Notes: generated from the sequence alone by a model not told the origin. A stretch of 32,000 nt of DNA from Parasynechococcus marenigrum WH 8102 (GCF_000195975.1 NC_005070.1:2130001-2162000); one strand, 5' to 3'. Shown: positions 14,861 through 24,130, counted from the first letter of the stretch. Program-made: numbers and translations.

Positions 14861-14873
14861 ACGTCTACTTCTG
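14861..14873 (+). repeat. right direct repeat (putative attR core) ACGTCTACTTCTG
   Basis: Identical to 8899-8911. Contains the radA stop codon (CTA on plus, 14865-14867). Confidence 0.85.
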
Positions 14874-16259
14874 GTCCGTCACGTCCTCACCGAGGGCCAG
14901 CACCAGGGCCTCGGTGACCCCATCGGCCTCCAGGAGGGCAAGATCAAGACCACTGGCCAAGGCACCTAGTCCACTGCCACGGGGCACCACCGCCCGCCGG
15001 AATCCGAGCCGCGCTGCCTCCTGCAGGCGTAACTCCAGCTGACCGACCGGTCTGAGCTGCCCCCCCAGACCGAGCTCGCCGACCAGCACCGTCCCCGGCG
15101 GGAGGGTGAGATCGCGAAAACTGGCCACCACCGCAGCCGCCACCCCAAGATCCGCCGCCGGCTCCTCCACCTCCAGCCCACCGGCCACGGCCAGGTAACA
15201 GTCAAAGCGGGAGAGGGGTAACCCCATGTGCTTTTCCAGCACCGCCAGGATCTGGTGAAGCCGGTTGGTGCCGATGCCCGTGGCCGTGCGTCGAGGGCTG
15301 GCATAGCTGGTGACATTGACCAGGGCCTGCAGGTCCACCACCAGCGAACGTGATCCCTCACAGGCCACGATCGTGGCGACACCCGAGGCACGGGTTTCAC
15401 TCAGGAACAACTCGCTGGGATTGCTCACCTCCTCCAGGCCCTGGGCCTGCATCTCGAACAGTCCCAGTTCATGGGTGGCTCCGAAACGGTTTTTCACGGC
15501 CCGCAACAGCCGGTGACTGGCAAAGCGGTCCCCTTCGAAGGTGAGCACCGCGTCCACCAGGTGTTCCAGCACCTTGGGTCCAGCCAACATTCCCTCCTTG
15601 GTCACGTGGCCCACCAACAACAGGGCTGTGGTCTGGCGTTTGGCCAGCCGTTGCAAGGCGGCGGCACATTCCCGCACCTGACCAACCGAGCCGGGAGCAC
15701 TGGGGAGGTTGGCGTCGTGAAGTGCCTGGATGCTGTCGATGATCGCCACGGCAGGACGCAGGGCCTCCAGCTCCTCCAGCACCAGCTCGAGGTCGGTTTC
15801 CGCCAGCAGCTGCAGATCAGAGGGGCCACCCGCCAGGCGCTGCCAACGCAGCTTCACCTGCTGGGCCGACTCCTCAGCACTCACATACAGCACTGAGGTT
15901 TGAGCAGCCATCGTCGACGCGCTCTGCAGCAGCAGGGTGCTCTTACCGATGCCCGGATCTCCCCCCACCAGCACCAGGGAGCCCGGCACCAGCCCGCCAC
16001 CCAGCACCCGATCAAATTCACCGGAACCCGTTGGCAATCGCCGGATCGGCTGATCCTCCAGCGAGGCCATGGCTGTGGAGCGTTTCGGCGTCGATGGTCG
16101 GTCTGCATCGGGCGCACGGCGACGACGGCCGCCGTCATTGGCGGGCTGGGACTGCTCGACGAGGGAATTCCAGCTGCCGCACTCCGGGCAGCGCCCAAAG
16201 AACTGTCGTGACTGGGCTCCACAGACCTGGCAATGGAACACAACGGCGGATTTAGGCAC
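14865..16259 (-). CDS. radA: DNA repair protein RadA/Sms
   Basis: N-terminal zinc finger CQVCGAQSRQFFGRCPECGSW, Walker A GDPGIGKST, RadA motif KNRFG, Lon-protease-like C-terminal domain. Confidence 0.95.
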   Translation of the reverse strand: MPKSAVVFHCQVCGAQSRQFFGRCPECGSWNSLVEQSQPANDGGRRRRAPDADRPSTPKRSTAMASLEDQPIRRLPTGSGEFDRVLGGGLVPGSLVLVGGDPGIGKSTLLLQSASTMAAQTSVLYVSAEESAQQVKLRWQRLAGGPSDLQLLAETDLELVLEELEALRPAVAIIDSIQALHDANLPSAPGSVGQVRECAAALQRLAKRQTTALLLVGHVTKEGMLAGPKVLEHLVDAVLTFEGDRFASHRLLRAVKNRFGATHELGLFEMQAQGLEEVSNPSELFLSETRASGVATIVACEGSRSLVVDLQALVNVTSYASPRRTATGIGTNRLHQILAVLEKHMGLPLSRFDCYLAVAGGLEVEEPAADLGVAAAVVASFRDLTLPPGTVLVGELGLGGQLRPVGQLELRLQEAARLGFRRAVVPRGSGLGALASGLDLALLEADGVTEALVLALGEDVTDQK

Positions 16260-16349
16260 TGCGAACTGTGAAGAAAGTTGCCGTTAGATGAACGGACGGG
16301 GGGGCAGGTCTTTTATTTGTGACCAGAAGAACAAAACGCCCCAGGCGTC

Positions 16350-17096
16350 ATGACGGCCACGACCCCCTCCAAGGAAACAATCCTCGTGGTCGATGACGAG
16401 GCCTCGATCCGACGGATTCTGGAAACCCGCTTGTCGATGATCGGGTACAACGTCGTCACGGCCTGCGACGGCACCGAAGCGCTCGAGCTGTTCGAAAACA
16501 CGGCTCCAGATCTGGTGGTGCTCGACGTGATGATGCCGAAGCTGGACGGCTACGGCGTCTGCCAGGAGCTGCGCAAGGAATCCGATGTGCCGATCGTGAT
16601 GCTGACGGCCCTCGGCGATGTGGCGGACCGGATCACGGGTCTTGAGCTCGGGGCCGATGACTACGTCGTCAAACCGTTCAGCCCAAAGGAGCTGGAAGCC
16701 CGCATCCGTTGCGTGCTGCGTCGGGTGGAGAAGGAATCCGTGGCTGGCATCCCCAACTCGGGGGTGATTCAGGTGTCGGATCTCCGCATCGACACCAACA
16801 AACGCCAGGTGTTCCGGGCCGACGAGCGGATCCGACTGACCGGGATGGAATTCAGCCTGCTGGAATTGCTGGTGAGTCGCTCCGGTGAGCCATTCAATCG
16901 GGGAGAAATTCTCAAGGAAGTCTGGGGATACACCCCGGAACGCCATGTGGACACCCGCGTGGTGGATGTCCACATTTCGCGGCTTCGCTCCAAGTTGGAG
17001 GATGATCCTGCTAACCCCGAGTTGATCCTCACGGCTCGCGGTACCGGCTACCTGTTCCAGCGCATCATCGACTCCGTTGCCTCCGAAGGACCCTGA
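16350..17096 (+). CDS. rpaB: OmpR-family response regulator RpaB (Ycf27)
   Basis: ILVVDDEASIRRILETRLSMIGY..., VVLDVMMPKLDGYGVCQELRK and ADDYVVKPFSPKELEARI match my memory of RpaB. Winged-helix C-terminus. Confidence 0.88.
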   Translation: MTATTPSKETILVVDDEASIRRILETRLSMIGYNVVTACDGTEALELFENTAPDLVVLDVMMPKLDGYGVCQELRKESDVPIVMLTALGDVADRITGLELGADDYVVKPFSPKELEARIRCVLRRVEKESVAGIPNSGVIQVSDLRIDTNKRQVFRADERIRLTGMEFSLLELLVSRSGEPFNRGEILKEVWGYTPERHVDTRVVDVHISRLRSKLEDDPANPELILTARGTGYLFQRIIDSVASEGP

Positions 17097-17259
17097 CTCC
17101 TCCCGGACCCCAGAGTCCAGGAGCAAGAGCAACCGACCCCGGGCGATCCGCCGCCTGGTGATCTGGTATCGCCGCAATGCCGCGGTCACCTCCCTGGTGG
17201 ATACAGCGACCAGCTCCGCCTCAGCAGCGGGAACCGTTGCGGGAACGGTGGCCAATTCC

Positions 17260-18363
17260 ATGCTGCAACCGCTGGTGTTTGACCCATTGCGCTGGCTGCA
17301 GGGCAACACCGACGATGAAGAGATCCAGGAGGCCGACCGCCTCTGGGTGGCCGTGGATGGCATGGGCGGGGACCACGCCCCCGGCCCGATCCTCGAGGGC
17401 TGCCTCGAAGCCATCGAGCGCCTGCCTCTGAAAATCCGCTTTGTCGGCGAAACCGACAAAGTTCTCGAAGCGGCTGATGCTCTGGGCCTGAGCGAGCGCC
17501 TGGCCCAGGCGCAAGCAGCGGATCATCTCGACCTGGTGGCCAGCGGCCCCTCCATCGGCATGGACGATGAAGCCACCGCCGTGCGACGCAAGCGCGACGC
17601 CAGCATCAACCTGGCGATGGATTTGGTCAAAAAGGGGCAGGCCCTGGCCGTGTATTCCGCCGGCAACTCCGGCGCGATGATGGCCTCCGCCATTTTTCGA
17701 CTCGGACGGCTGAAGGGCATCGACCGACCAGCCATCGGTGCACTGTTTCCCACCAAGGACCCTGGACAACCGGTGCTGGTGCTCGATGTGGGCGCCAACA
17801 TGGATTGCAAACCGGCCTATCTGCACCAGTTCGCCCTGTTGGGCAACATTTACAGCCGCGATGTACTCCAGGTGGAGCAACCACGGATCGGCCTGTTGAA
17901 CATCGGGGAGGAGGACTGCAAAGGCAACGACCTCGCCCTCAAAACCCATGCGCTGCTGCGAGATGAACGTCGTCTGCACTTCGCCGGCAACTGTGAAGGG
18001 CGGGATGTCCTGTCCGGCGCGTTCGATGTGGTCGTCTGCGACGGTTTCACCGGCAATGTCCTGCTGAAGTTCCTGGAGTCCGTGGGCAGCGTGCTGCTGG
18101 GGGTTCTGCGGGCTGAACTGCCCCGAGGCCGGCGCGGCAAGGTGGGCTCTGCCTTCCTGCGCAGCAACCTGCGGCGAATCAAGAAACGCCTCGACCACGC
18201 CGAACATGGAGGTGCACTGCTGCTGGGGGTCAACGGCGTCGCGGTGATCGGCCACGGCAGCAGCAAGGCCCTGTCGGTGGTGAGTGCCCTGCGCATCGCC
18301 CATTCCGCCGCCAGCCATGGCGTGATGGAGGATTTGGCCGCCCTGCAGAGCGGCTGTGATTGA
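17260..18363 (+). CDS. plsX: phosphate acyltransferase PlsX
   Basis: AVDGMGGDHAP motif and the overall PlsX fold sequence. The start is uncertain: first ATG is 17260, but the frame is open from TTG 17077. Confidence 0.88.
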   Translation: MLQPLVFDPLRWLQGNTDDEEIQEADRLWVAVDGMGGDHAPGPILEGCLEAIERLPLKIRFVGETDKVLEAADALGLSERLAQAQAADHLDLVASGPSIGMDDEATAVRRKRDASINLAMDLVKKGQALAVYSAGNSGAMMASAIFRLGRLKGIDRPAIGALFPTKDPGQPVLVLDVGANMDCKPAYLHQFALLGNIYSRDVLQVEQPRIGLLNIGEEDCKGNDLALKTHALLRDERRLHFAGNCEGRDVLSGAFDVVVCDGFTGNVLLKFLESVGSVLLGVLRAELPRGRRGKVGSAFLRSNLRRIKKRLDHAEHGGALLLGVNGVAVIGHGSSKALSVVSALRIAHSAASHGVMEDLAALQSGCD

Positions 18364-18390
18364 CTGACGCCACTCGTCTTCCACCGCGCT

Positions 18391-19407
18391 TTGGTCGAGC
18401 AGCTCCACAGGACCGGCGGTGTGATGTTCCGTGGCAGCGGTAGCGCTACTCCACAGCGTTCCATCAGCAACACTGAGCTGGGACAACGGGTGGAAACCAG
18501 CGATGACTGGATCCGCAGTCGCACCGGCATCGCAGCCCGACGTGTCATCGGGGCCGACGAAAGCCTGGGTGAACTGAGCGGCCTTGCGGCAGAACGTGCA
18601 CTGGCCATGGCGGGATGGTCGGCGGACAGCCTGGATCTGATCCTGCTGGCCACCTCCACACCCGATGATCTGTTCGGATCCGCACCGCGGCTGCAGGCCC
18701 GCATCGGTGCGGTGAACGCCGCGGCCTTCGATCTCACTGCCGCCTGCAGCGGTTTTCTGTTCGCAGTGGTCACGGCGGCCCAGTACCTGCGCAGCGGGGC
18801 GATGCAACGGATCCTGGTGGTGGGCGCCGACCAGCTCAGTCGCTGGGTCGACTGGGACGACCGCCGCTCCTGTGTGCTGTTCGGGGATGCCGCCGGTGCC
18901 GTGGTGATGGAAGCCTCCGATGAGCAGGACGACCTCCAGGGGTTCCTGCTGCGCTCCGATGGCGGCCGCGGTGCGGTGTTGCAGCTGCCCCAGAGCAGCG
19001 AACGAGCACCTCTGGTGGGCGATGCCAGCCATCAGCGCGGTGGCTTTGAGCCAATTCAGATGAACGGACAGGAGGTCTACAAATTCGCCGTACGGGAAGT
19101 GCCGGCGATTTTGGAAGCGCTGCTGCAGAAAACCGAGACCCAAGCGGATTCCCTCGACTGGCTGTTGTTGCATCAGGCCAACCAACGCATCCTCGATGCC
19201 GTGGCTGAGCGGTTCTCGATTCCGAACGAAAAGGTCCTGAGCAACCTGGCCCACTACGGCAACACGTCAGCCGCCACCATCCCCTTGATGCTGGATGAAG
19301 CGGTGCGGGACGGACGGATCGAACCGGGCCACCGCATCGCCAGCAGCGGCTTCGGCGCAGGACTGAGCTGGGGTGCAGCCCTGCTGCGTTGGAGCGGGCC
19401 CGCGTAA
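18391..19407 (+). CDS. fabH: 3-oxoacyl-ACP synthase III
   Basis: Active-site Cys context AACSGF, HQANQRI, GNTSAATIP. The start is ambiguous: TTG 18391, GTG 18421 or ATG 18424. Confidence 0.93.
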   Translation: MVEQLHRTGGVMFRGSGSATPQRSISNTELGQRVETSDDWIRSRTGIAARRVIGADESLGELSGLAAERALAMAGWSADSLDLILLATSTPDDLFGSAPRLQARIGAVNAAAFDLTAACSGFLFAVVTAAQYLRSGAMQRILVVGADQLSRWVDWDDRRSCVLFGDAAGAVVMEASDEQDDLQGFLLRSDGGRGAVLQLPQSSERAPLVGDASHQRGGFEPIQMNGQEVYKFAVREVPAILEALLQKTETQADSLDWLLLHQANQRILDAVAERFSIPNEKVLSNLAHYGNTSAATIPLMLDEAVRDGRIEPGHRIASSGFGAGLSWGAALLRWSGPA

Positions 19408-19435
19408 TCTCCCCGCACATCGGTGCGGACACATC

Positions 19436-20332
19436 ATGGCGATCGCCTGGGTTTTTCCCGGCCAGGGCTCACAGAAGCTGGGTATGGCGGATCCGGTGCT
19501 CAGCCTCAGCGGCGCCAGCCAACGCTTTGCCATGGCCTCCGAGCTGCTGGGCCGTGATCTGCTGGCCATCTGCCAGGGCAACAGCGTTGGCGGCAGCGGT
19601 CCCGACGACCTCAACGACACCCGCAACACGCAACCAGCCCTGTTCGTCGTGGAGTCCCTGCTGGTGGACAACCTGATCGAGCAGGGGCGCGACGCAGCGC
19701 TTGTGGCTGGCCACAGCCTTGGGGAACTGGTGGCGCTCTATGCCGCCGGCGTGTTCGACCTGGAAACGGGCCTCAAGCTGATGCAGACCCGATCGGAACT
19801 GATGGCAGCCGCCGGTGGCGGCGCGATGACCGCCGTGATCGGCTTCGACCGCAGCCAGCTCGAAGCATTAGTGAACGACACCGAAAGGGTGAGCATCGCC
19901 AACGACAACAGCGACGCCCAGGTGGTGATCTCGGGGCAGCCGGACGCTGTTCAGAGCGTGAGCGAGAAGCTTAAGTGCAAACGGGCTATTCCCTTGGCGG
20001 TTTCCGGAGCATTTCACTCCCCGTTCATGGCCGAGGCGGCAGAGGCCTTCGCCACAACGCTGGATGGCGTCAGCTTCCGCGATGCCCGGATCCCGGTCTT
20101 GAGCAACAGCGATCCCAGCGGTTGCAGCGATGCAGCCCTGCTCAAGCAACGCTTGAAGCAACAGATGACCACCGGCGTCCGCTGGCGGGAAACCATGGCC
20201 TCGATGGCGGAGCACGGCATCGACACCCTGGTGGAGATCGGTCCGGGCAATGTGCTCAGTGGCCTGGCCAAACGCAGCATGAACGGGGTGACCACCGCGC
20301 AGATCGCCAGCTCTGGCGATCTCGGTCAGTGA
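19436..20332 (+). CDS. fabD: malonyl-CoA:ACP transacylase
   Basis: MAIAWVFPGQGSQ and GHSLGE motifs. ATG 19436 chosen over the longer track ORF. Confidence 0.93.
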   Translation: MAIAWVFPGQGSQKLGMADPVLSLSGASQRFAMASELLGRDLLAICQGNSVGGSGPDDLNDTRNTQPALFVVESLLVDNLIEQGRDAALVAGHSLGELVALYAAGVFDLETGLKLMQTRSELMAAAGGGAMTAVIGFDRSQLEALVNDTERVSIANDNSDAQVVISGQPDAVQSVSEKLKCKRAIPLAVSGAFHSPFMAEAAEAFATTLDGVSFRDARIPVLSNSDPSGCSDAALLKQRLKQQMTTGVRWRETMASMAEHGIDTLVEIGPGNVLSGLAKRSMNGVTTAQIASSGDLGQ

Positions 20333-20982
20333 GCAGCGCCCCACTGGCCCAGGCACCTAAGCCCAGCCTTGCCTACCGGCTAGTGAGTGAGCTGCTGGTG
20401 TTTCCACTCTTCCGGGGGCTGTTCCGTGGCTCCACCCGCGGCCTGCACCATGTGCCGAAGCAGGGAGCGGTGGTGGTGGTGTCCAACCATGGCTCCCATT
20501 TCGACCCACCCCTGCTAGGTCATGCCCTGGGGCGGCCGGTGGCCTTCATGGCCAAGGCGGAACTGTTTTCAATCCCGTTGCTGGGGGCCGTGATTCGCGC
20601 CTGTGGCGCCTATCCGGTGCGGCGAGGGGGCAGTGACCGCGAGGCCATCCGCACGGCCACCGCGCGACTGATGGAGGGATGGGCGACAGGTGTCTTCCTC
20701 GATGGCACCCGCCAGCCTGACGGTCGAGTGAATGCACCACAGCCTGGCGCTGCGCTCCTAGCCGCCCGCAGCGGTGCTCCGCTGCTCCCCGTGGCGATCG
20801 TCAACAGCCATCGAGCCCTGGGAACGGGCCAAGTTGTACCGCGGCTGGTGCCGCTGCAGCTGCGGGTGGGGGAGCCCGTGCCAGCGCCGGCGAGTCGCCG
20901 CCGTGCTGATCTCGACGCCACGACAGCCATTCTTCAGCAACGGATCAACGCACTGCTGGAGCTGGATCCGCTGCATCCCTGA
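20329..20982 (+). CDS. plsC: 1-acyl-sn-glycerol-3-phosphate acyltransferase
   Basis: NHGSHFD (NHxxxxD) and FLDGTR motifs. GTG 20329 overlaps the fabD stop as GTGA. Confidence 0.85.
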   Translation: MSSAPLAQAPKPSLAYRLVSELLVFPLFRGLFRGSTRGLHHVPKQGAVVVVSNHGSHFDPPLLGHALGRPVAFMAKAELFSIPLLGAVIRACGAYPVRRGGSDREAIRTATARLMEGWATGVFLDGTRQPDGRVNAPQPGAALLAARSGAPLLPVAIVNSHRALGTGQVVPRLVPLQLRVGEPVPAPASRRRADLDATTAILQQRINALLELDPLHP

Positions 20983-21520
20983 GGTCCCGGCCGGTCACCA
21001 CCCAGGCCACGGCTCGCAGCCAATCCCGCCAACGCCGTAAGGCACTCTCCTCACGGCAGGTGGGTTCACAGTCCACCGGCACGCCCGTGAGGTGGATGCC
21101 AAGACTGCCGGCCACCACCTGGCCCACCGCCAGGGAGCGTTCCAGATGGTCGGCGCTGGTCACCACCAACACATGGCGGACGCCCTCTGACGCCAGGTCA
21201 TCAACTACTGAGGTGAAGTTGCTCAAGGTGTCGCGAGCCCTGTAGTCCAGCTGCACCTGATCGGTCGTCAACCCTTCCTCCTGAACCAACCAGCTGGCGT
21301 ATTCAGGGTTGCTGCCACCACTCACCAAGAGCGGTTTATCCAGCTGACGTGCCAACCGCGCCCCGACCCGTTCGCGCTCAACATCACCCCCCAGCACCAG
21401 CACCTGCTGGGGCGGTGCTGTGTCCAGCAGAGCCTGGCGATAGGGCGCCAGGGGCCCTCGGACCACCAGCCATGTCAGCAATCCTGCGCTGAGCAGAACT
21501 CCGGCCCGGACCCCTGCCAT
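20945..21520 (-). CDS. DUF218/YdcF-like protein
   Basis: 191 aa with an N-terminal hydrophobic segment, LVLGG...VSGG and a RARDTLSNF-type motif. Its start overlaps the tsaB stop by 1 nt. Confidence 0.6.
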   Translation of the reverse strand: MAGVRAGVLLSAGLLTWLVVRGPLAPYRQALLDTAPPQQVLVLGGDVERERVGARLARQLDKPLLVSGGSNPEYASWLVQEEGLTTDQVQLDYRARDTLSNFTSVVDDLASEGVRHVLVVTSADHLERSLAVGQVVAGSLGIHLTGVPVDCEPTCREESALRRWRDWLRAVAWVVTGRDLRDAADPAPAVR

Positions 21521-22125
21521 CAGACCGGCCCCACCGGAGAGGTTGGATAGATGGGGAGAACGGGTTGCCAGGGCAGCGGCTCACCCTGTTGAAGGGCCTG
21601 CCGCAGACGCCCCAGCAACGCCTCCACGTCGGCATCCACATCGACAGCGGCCTCGATGGCAGGGCTCACGATCCTGTCGGCCTCAAGCAGATGCGGAGCC
21701 TCAAGCTCCTCAACCACGGCAGCCCCCACGCGGTATCGGCCAGCGACCACGCCCCGCCGGGGCAGCGGTTGCGTGATCCAGAACGGCTGCTCATCAGGCG
21801 CCAGACGCTCGGCCATCAGGGCAAAACTGCTGACGCCCAACAACGGACAGCCGAGTTGCTGGGACAAAGTTCGTGCCATCACAACCGAGAGACGTGTGCC
21901 GGTGAACCCTCCTGGCCCGGTCGCAACGGCCAAACCCTTGAGCTCACCCCAGCGGCCGCTGGGCAGCAGGGTCGAGACCCGCTCAATCAGGCTGTTGGAG
22001 AGACCTCGTCCGTCATCGAACCCCATCACCCGCGGGCGGCCCTGATCGGTCTCTGGATCCTGCACCGCCACTCCGAAACGTTCGGTGCAGCTGTGCAGGG
22101 CCAGCAGTAGAGGGGAAACAGTCAT
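21520..22125 (-). CDS. tsaB: tRNA t6A37 biosynthesis protein TsaB (YeaZ)
   Basis: LLALHSCTERFGVAV..., ATGPGGFTGTRL motif. ATG 22125 shares one base with the ycf34 stop. Confidence 0.8.
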   Translation of the reverse strand: MTVSPLLLALHSCTERFGVAVQDPETDQGRPRVMGFDDGRGLSNSLIERVSTLLPSGRWGELKGLAVATGPGGFTGTRLSVVMARTLSQQLGCPLLGVSSFALMAERLAPDEQPFWITQPLPRRGVVAGRYRVGAAVVEELEAPHLLEADRIVSPAIEAAVDVDADVEALLGRLRQALQQGEPLPWQPVLPIYPTSPVGPV

Positions 22126-22376
22126 CAATCCGGCACGGCTTGTCCTGGGCGCAGTCGGCCCCAGCGTCCGGGATCAGGCGTGAAGCTGGAGCAGGCCCGT
22201 ACATCCCATTCGATTCCCGCACCACCCCCGGGTAGATCCATCACAGAGACGTGGATCCTCGGGGAGCGAGGTTCAAAATCCGGCACGTCACTGAGGTGGT
22301 CCACGCCATGTTGTCGTTCAACTGCGTGATAGGCCTGGCAGCGGTCGACCCAGCGGCAGTCCACACAAATGCACAT
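22125..22376 (-). CDS. ycf34: Ycf34 (small Cys-rich Fe-S protein)
   Basis: MCICVDCRWVDRCQAYHAVERQHG is the characteristic Ycf34 N-terminus. The longer track ORF (to 22658) is rejected. Confidence 0.85.
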   Translation of the reverse strand: MCICVDCRWVDRCQAYHAVERQHGVDHLSDVPDFEPRSPRIHVSVMDLPGGGAGIEWDVRACSSFTPDPGRWGRLRPGQAVPD

Positions 22377-23559
22377 GCCCTCCAACCCACCAGCTACCGC
22401 CATTTTGGAGCGCCTGGCACCCGAGCGCTGGCCCCTTCCCCTGGATCTTCTGCCGGCGGAGGCGGTGCTGGTGGGGGGAGCGGTCCGTGATGCCCTGCTG
22501 GATCGGCTCAAGCCCCAGCCGGATCTTGATCTTGTGGTCCCCAGCGGTGCCCTCGCCCTGACGTGCACCCTGGCCAATCGGCTGGGGGGCAGTTGCGTGG
22601 TGCTCGACCAGGAGCGGGACATGGCCCGTCTGGTGCTGCGGGGCTGGACCGTGGACATCGCCCGACAGGACGGTGCAAGTCTCGAGGCGGACCTGCAACG
22701 CCGGGATTACCGCATCAACGCCATCGCCCTGCCGCTGAATGGGCCTGCACAGCTGATTGATCCCACCGGCGGCCTGGCTGACCTCCAGCAAGGCTGGCTG
22801 ACGGCCGTACGCGAATCAAACCTCACCGACGACCCGCTGCGGCTGCTGAGGGGCCTGCGGCTGATGGCTGAGATCCCCCTCAGCCTCGATCCGATGACCG
22901 CTGGCTGGATGCGACGGCACCGGCAGCAACTGACGCAAGCAGCGCCGGAACGGATCCTGGCGGAACTGCAGAAACTGGTGGCGGGTCCCCTGGCTGATCA
23001 AGCCATCGAGCAGCTCTGCCAACTCGAACTGATCCAACCCTGGGCGGCCGATCAGCCACTGCCGACGTCCGTCGACACGATTCAGATGACGACAGACGAA
23101 CAGGAGCAGGCTCTGCCATTGGCCCGCCTGACCGCCTTGATCAGCGACCAGGGGCTGGAACAGCTGAGGGGCAGTCGAGCCCTGCGTCAGCGTTGCCGGC
23201 GACTGCGCCAGTGGCAGCGACGCTTACCGGATGACCCGGAGACGCTGCCGGAAGGGGAGCGGGTGCAACTGCATCTGGATCTCGATCGGGATCTGGCGGC
23301 ATTGATCCTTCAGCTCGAACCAGCCCATCAGACCTGCTGGCTGCAGCGCTGGCGGGACTCGGAGGACCCGTTGTTTCACCCGGCCAGCCCCGTGGATGGG
23401 ACCACGCTGCAGCGTGAACTCAAGCTGGCTCCAGGCCCTCGGCTCGGGGACCTGCTGATGCATCTGCGCCAGGAGAGAGCCTTCGGCCGCTTGCAGAGCC
23501 GCGACGATGCAATCCAGGAAGCGCACCGCTGGACCAAACGGAATCAGAACGCTCTGTGA
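22369..23559 (+). CDS. CCA-adding enzyme / poly(A) polymerase family nucleotidyltransferase
   Basis: LVGGAVRDALLDR...DLDLVV head-domain motif. The start could be ATG 22369, ATG 22375 or TTG 22405. Confidence 0.8.
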   Translation: MHMPSNPPATAILERLAPERWPLPLDLLPAEAVLVGGAVRDALLDRLKPQPDLDLVVPSGALALTCTLANRLGGSCVVLDQERDMARLVLRGWTVDIARQDGASLEADLQRRDYRINAIALPLNGPAQLIDPTGGLADLQQGWLTAVRESNLTDDPLRLLRGLRLMAEIPLSLDPMTAGWMRRHRQQLTQAAPERILAELQKLVAGPLADQAIEQLCQLELIQPWAADQPLPTSVDTIQMTTDEQEQALPLARLTALISDQGLEQLRGSRALRQRCRRLRQWQRRLPDDPETLPEGERVQLHLDLDRDLAALILQLEPAHQTCWLQRWRDSEDPLFHPASPVDGTTLQRELKLAPGPRLGDLLMHLRQERAFGRLQSRDDAIQEAHRWTKRNQNAL

Positions 23560-23620
23560 TTAACTTTGCATGTGTCAACGATGACGGTCCGACACCGACG
23601 AATCGCATTTCCCTTCTTTC

Positions 23621-24055
23621 ATGAGCATCCGCCTGTACATCGGCAACCTGCCGCAGACCTTTGACGAACAGGAGCTGGCTGCTCTGATCAAGAGTGTTGG
23701 AGAGGGAATTCGGTTCAAATCGGTTCTGGATCGTGAGACCGGAGCATCCCGTGGTTTCGGGTTCGCCAACGTCGATGACGAAAAAGTTGCTGATGCTGTG
23801 ATTGAACAGCTCAATGGCAAAGACTTCGGCGGCAGCGCCCTGCGGGTTGAGCGCTCCGAGCGCCGTGAGAATGGTGGTGGCGGCAATCGCCGCGGTCCCA
23901 ACGGTGGTGGCAACGGTCAGCCCCAGGTGGCCCGCAAGGCCGTCAACAAGGTTGTCCATAGCGACGCACCCGGTGAAGGAGCTCCGGACCCCCGTTGGGC
24001 TGGTGAGCTATCCAAGCTGAAGGATCTTCTGGCCAATCAAAAGACAGCCGTCTGA
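23621..24055 (+). CDS. RRM-type RNA-binding protein with Gly-rich region
   Basis: RNP2 LYIGNL, RNP1 RGFGFANV, GGGGNRRGPNGGGNG, conserved C-terminal PDPRWAGEL...LK motif. Confidence 0.9.
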   Translation: MSIRLYIGNLPQTFDEQELAALIKSVGEGIRFKSVLDRETGASRGFGFANVDDEKVADAVIEQLNGKDFGGSALRVERSERRENGGGGNRRGPNGGGNGQPQVARKAVNKVVHSDAPGEGAPDPRWAGELSKLKDLLANQKTAV

Positions 24056-24087
24056 TTGCTGCCGATCAATCATTTCTTAAGCTCAAT

Positions 24088-24118
24088 TAACCCCGGATGT
24101 CCAGGCCTTCGGGGTTTT
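24088..24118 (+). terminator. intrinsic terminator after the rbp gene
   Basis: Stem AACCCCGGA / TTCGGGGTT, 10-nt loop, then a T-run. Confidence 0.7.
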
Positions 24119-24130
24119 TCGATGGGCCGA

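Larger units (their letters stand above)
8899..14873 (+). mobile_element. integrated AT-rich genomic island / integrative element (~5.96 kb) bounded by 13-bp direct repeats
   Basis: The sharp shift from GC-rich to AT-rich composition coincides exactly with the perfect direct repeats at 8899-8911 and 14861-14873. A tyrosine recombinase gene lies at the left end. The cargo is orphan small ORFs. Confidence 0.85.

Noticed and set aside
14857-15042. 61-aa plus-strand ORF starting MHVYFW
   Set aside because: The VYF is simply the duplicated ycf3 tail inside the right direct repeat. The remainder is antisense to radA, so it is not a gene. It is relevant only as the read-through frame discussed under the att-core finding.
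16284-17459. 391-aa minus-strand ORF
   Set aside because: It is fully antisense to rpaB and the plsX 5' region. Its composition is Arg/Gly/Ala/Pro-rich, typical of out-of-frame translation of high-GC DNA, and it has no motif.
17221-19254. 677-aa minus-strand ORF
   Set aside because: It is antisense to the clearly recognisable plsX and fabH genes and translates to low-complexity sequence. It is a high-GC artefact. The same reasoning applies to 1106..2185(+), 7213..8175(+), 5294..5956(+), 19975..20328(+ upstream part), 22125..22658 (part beyond 22376) and similar track ORFs.
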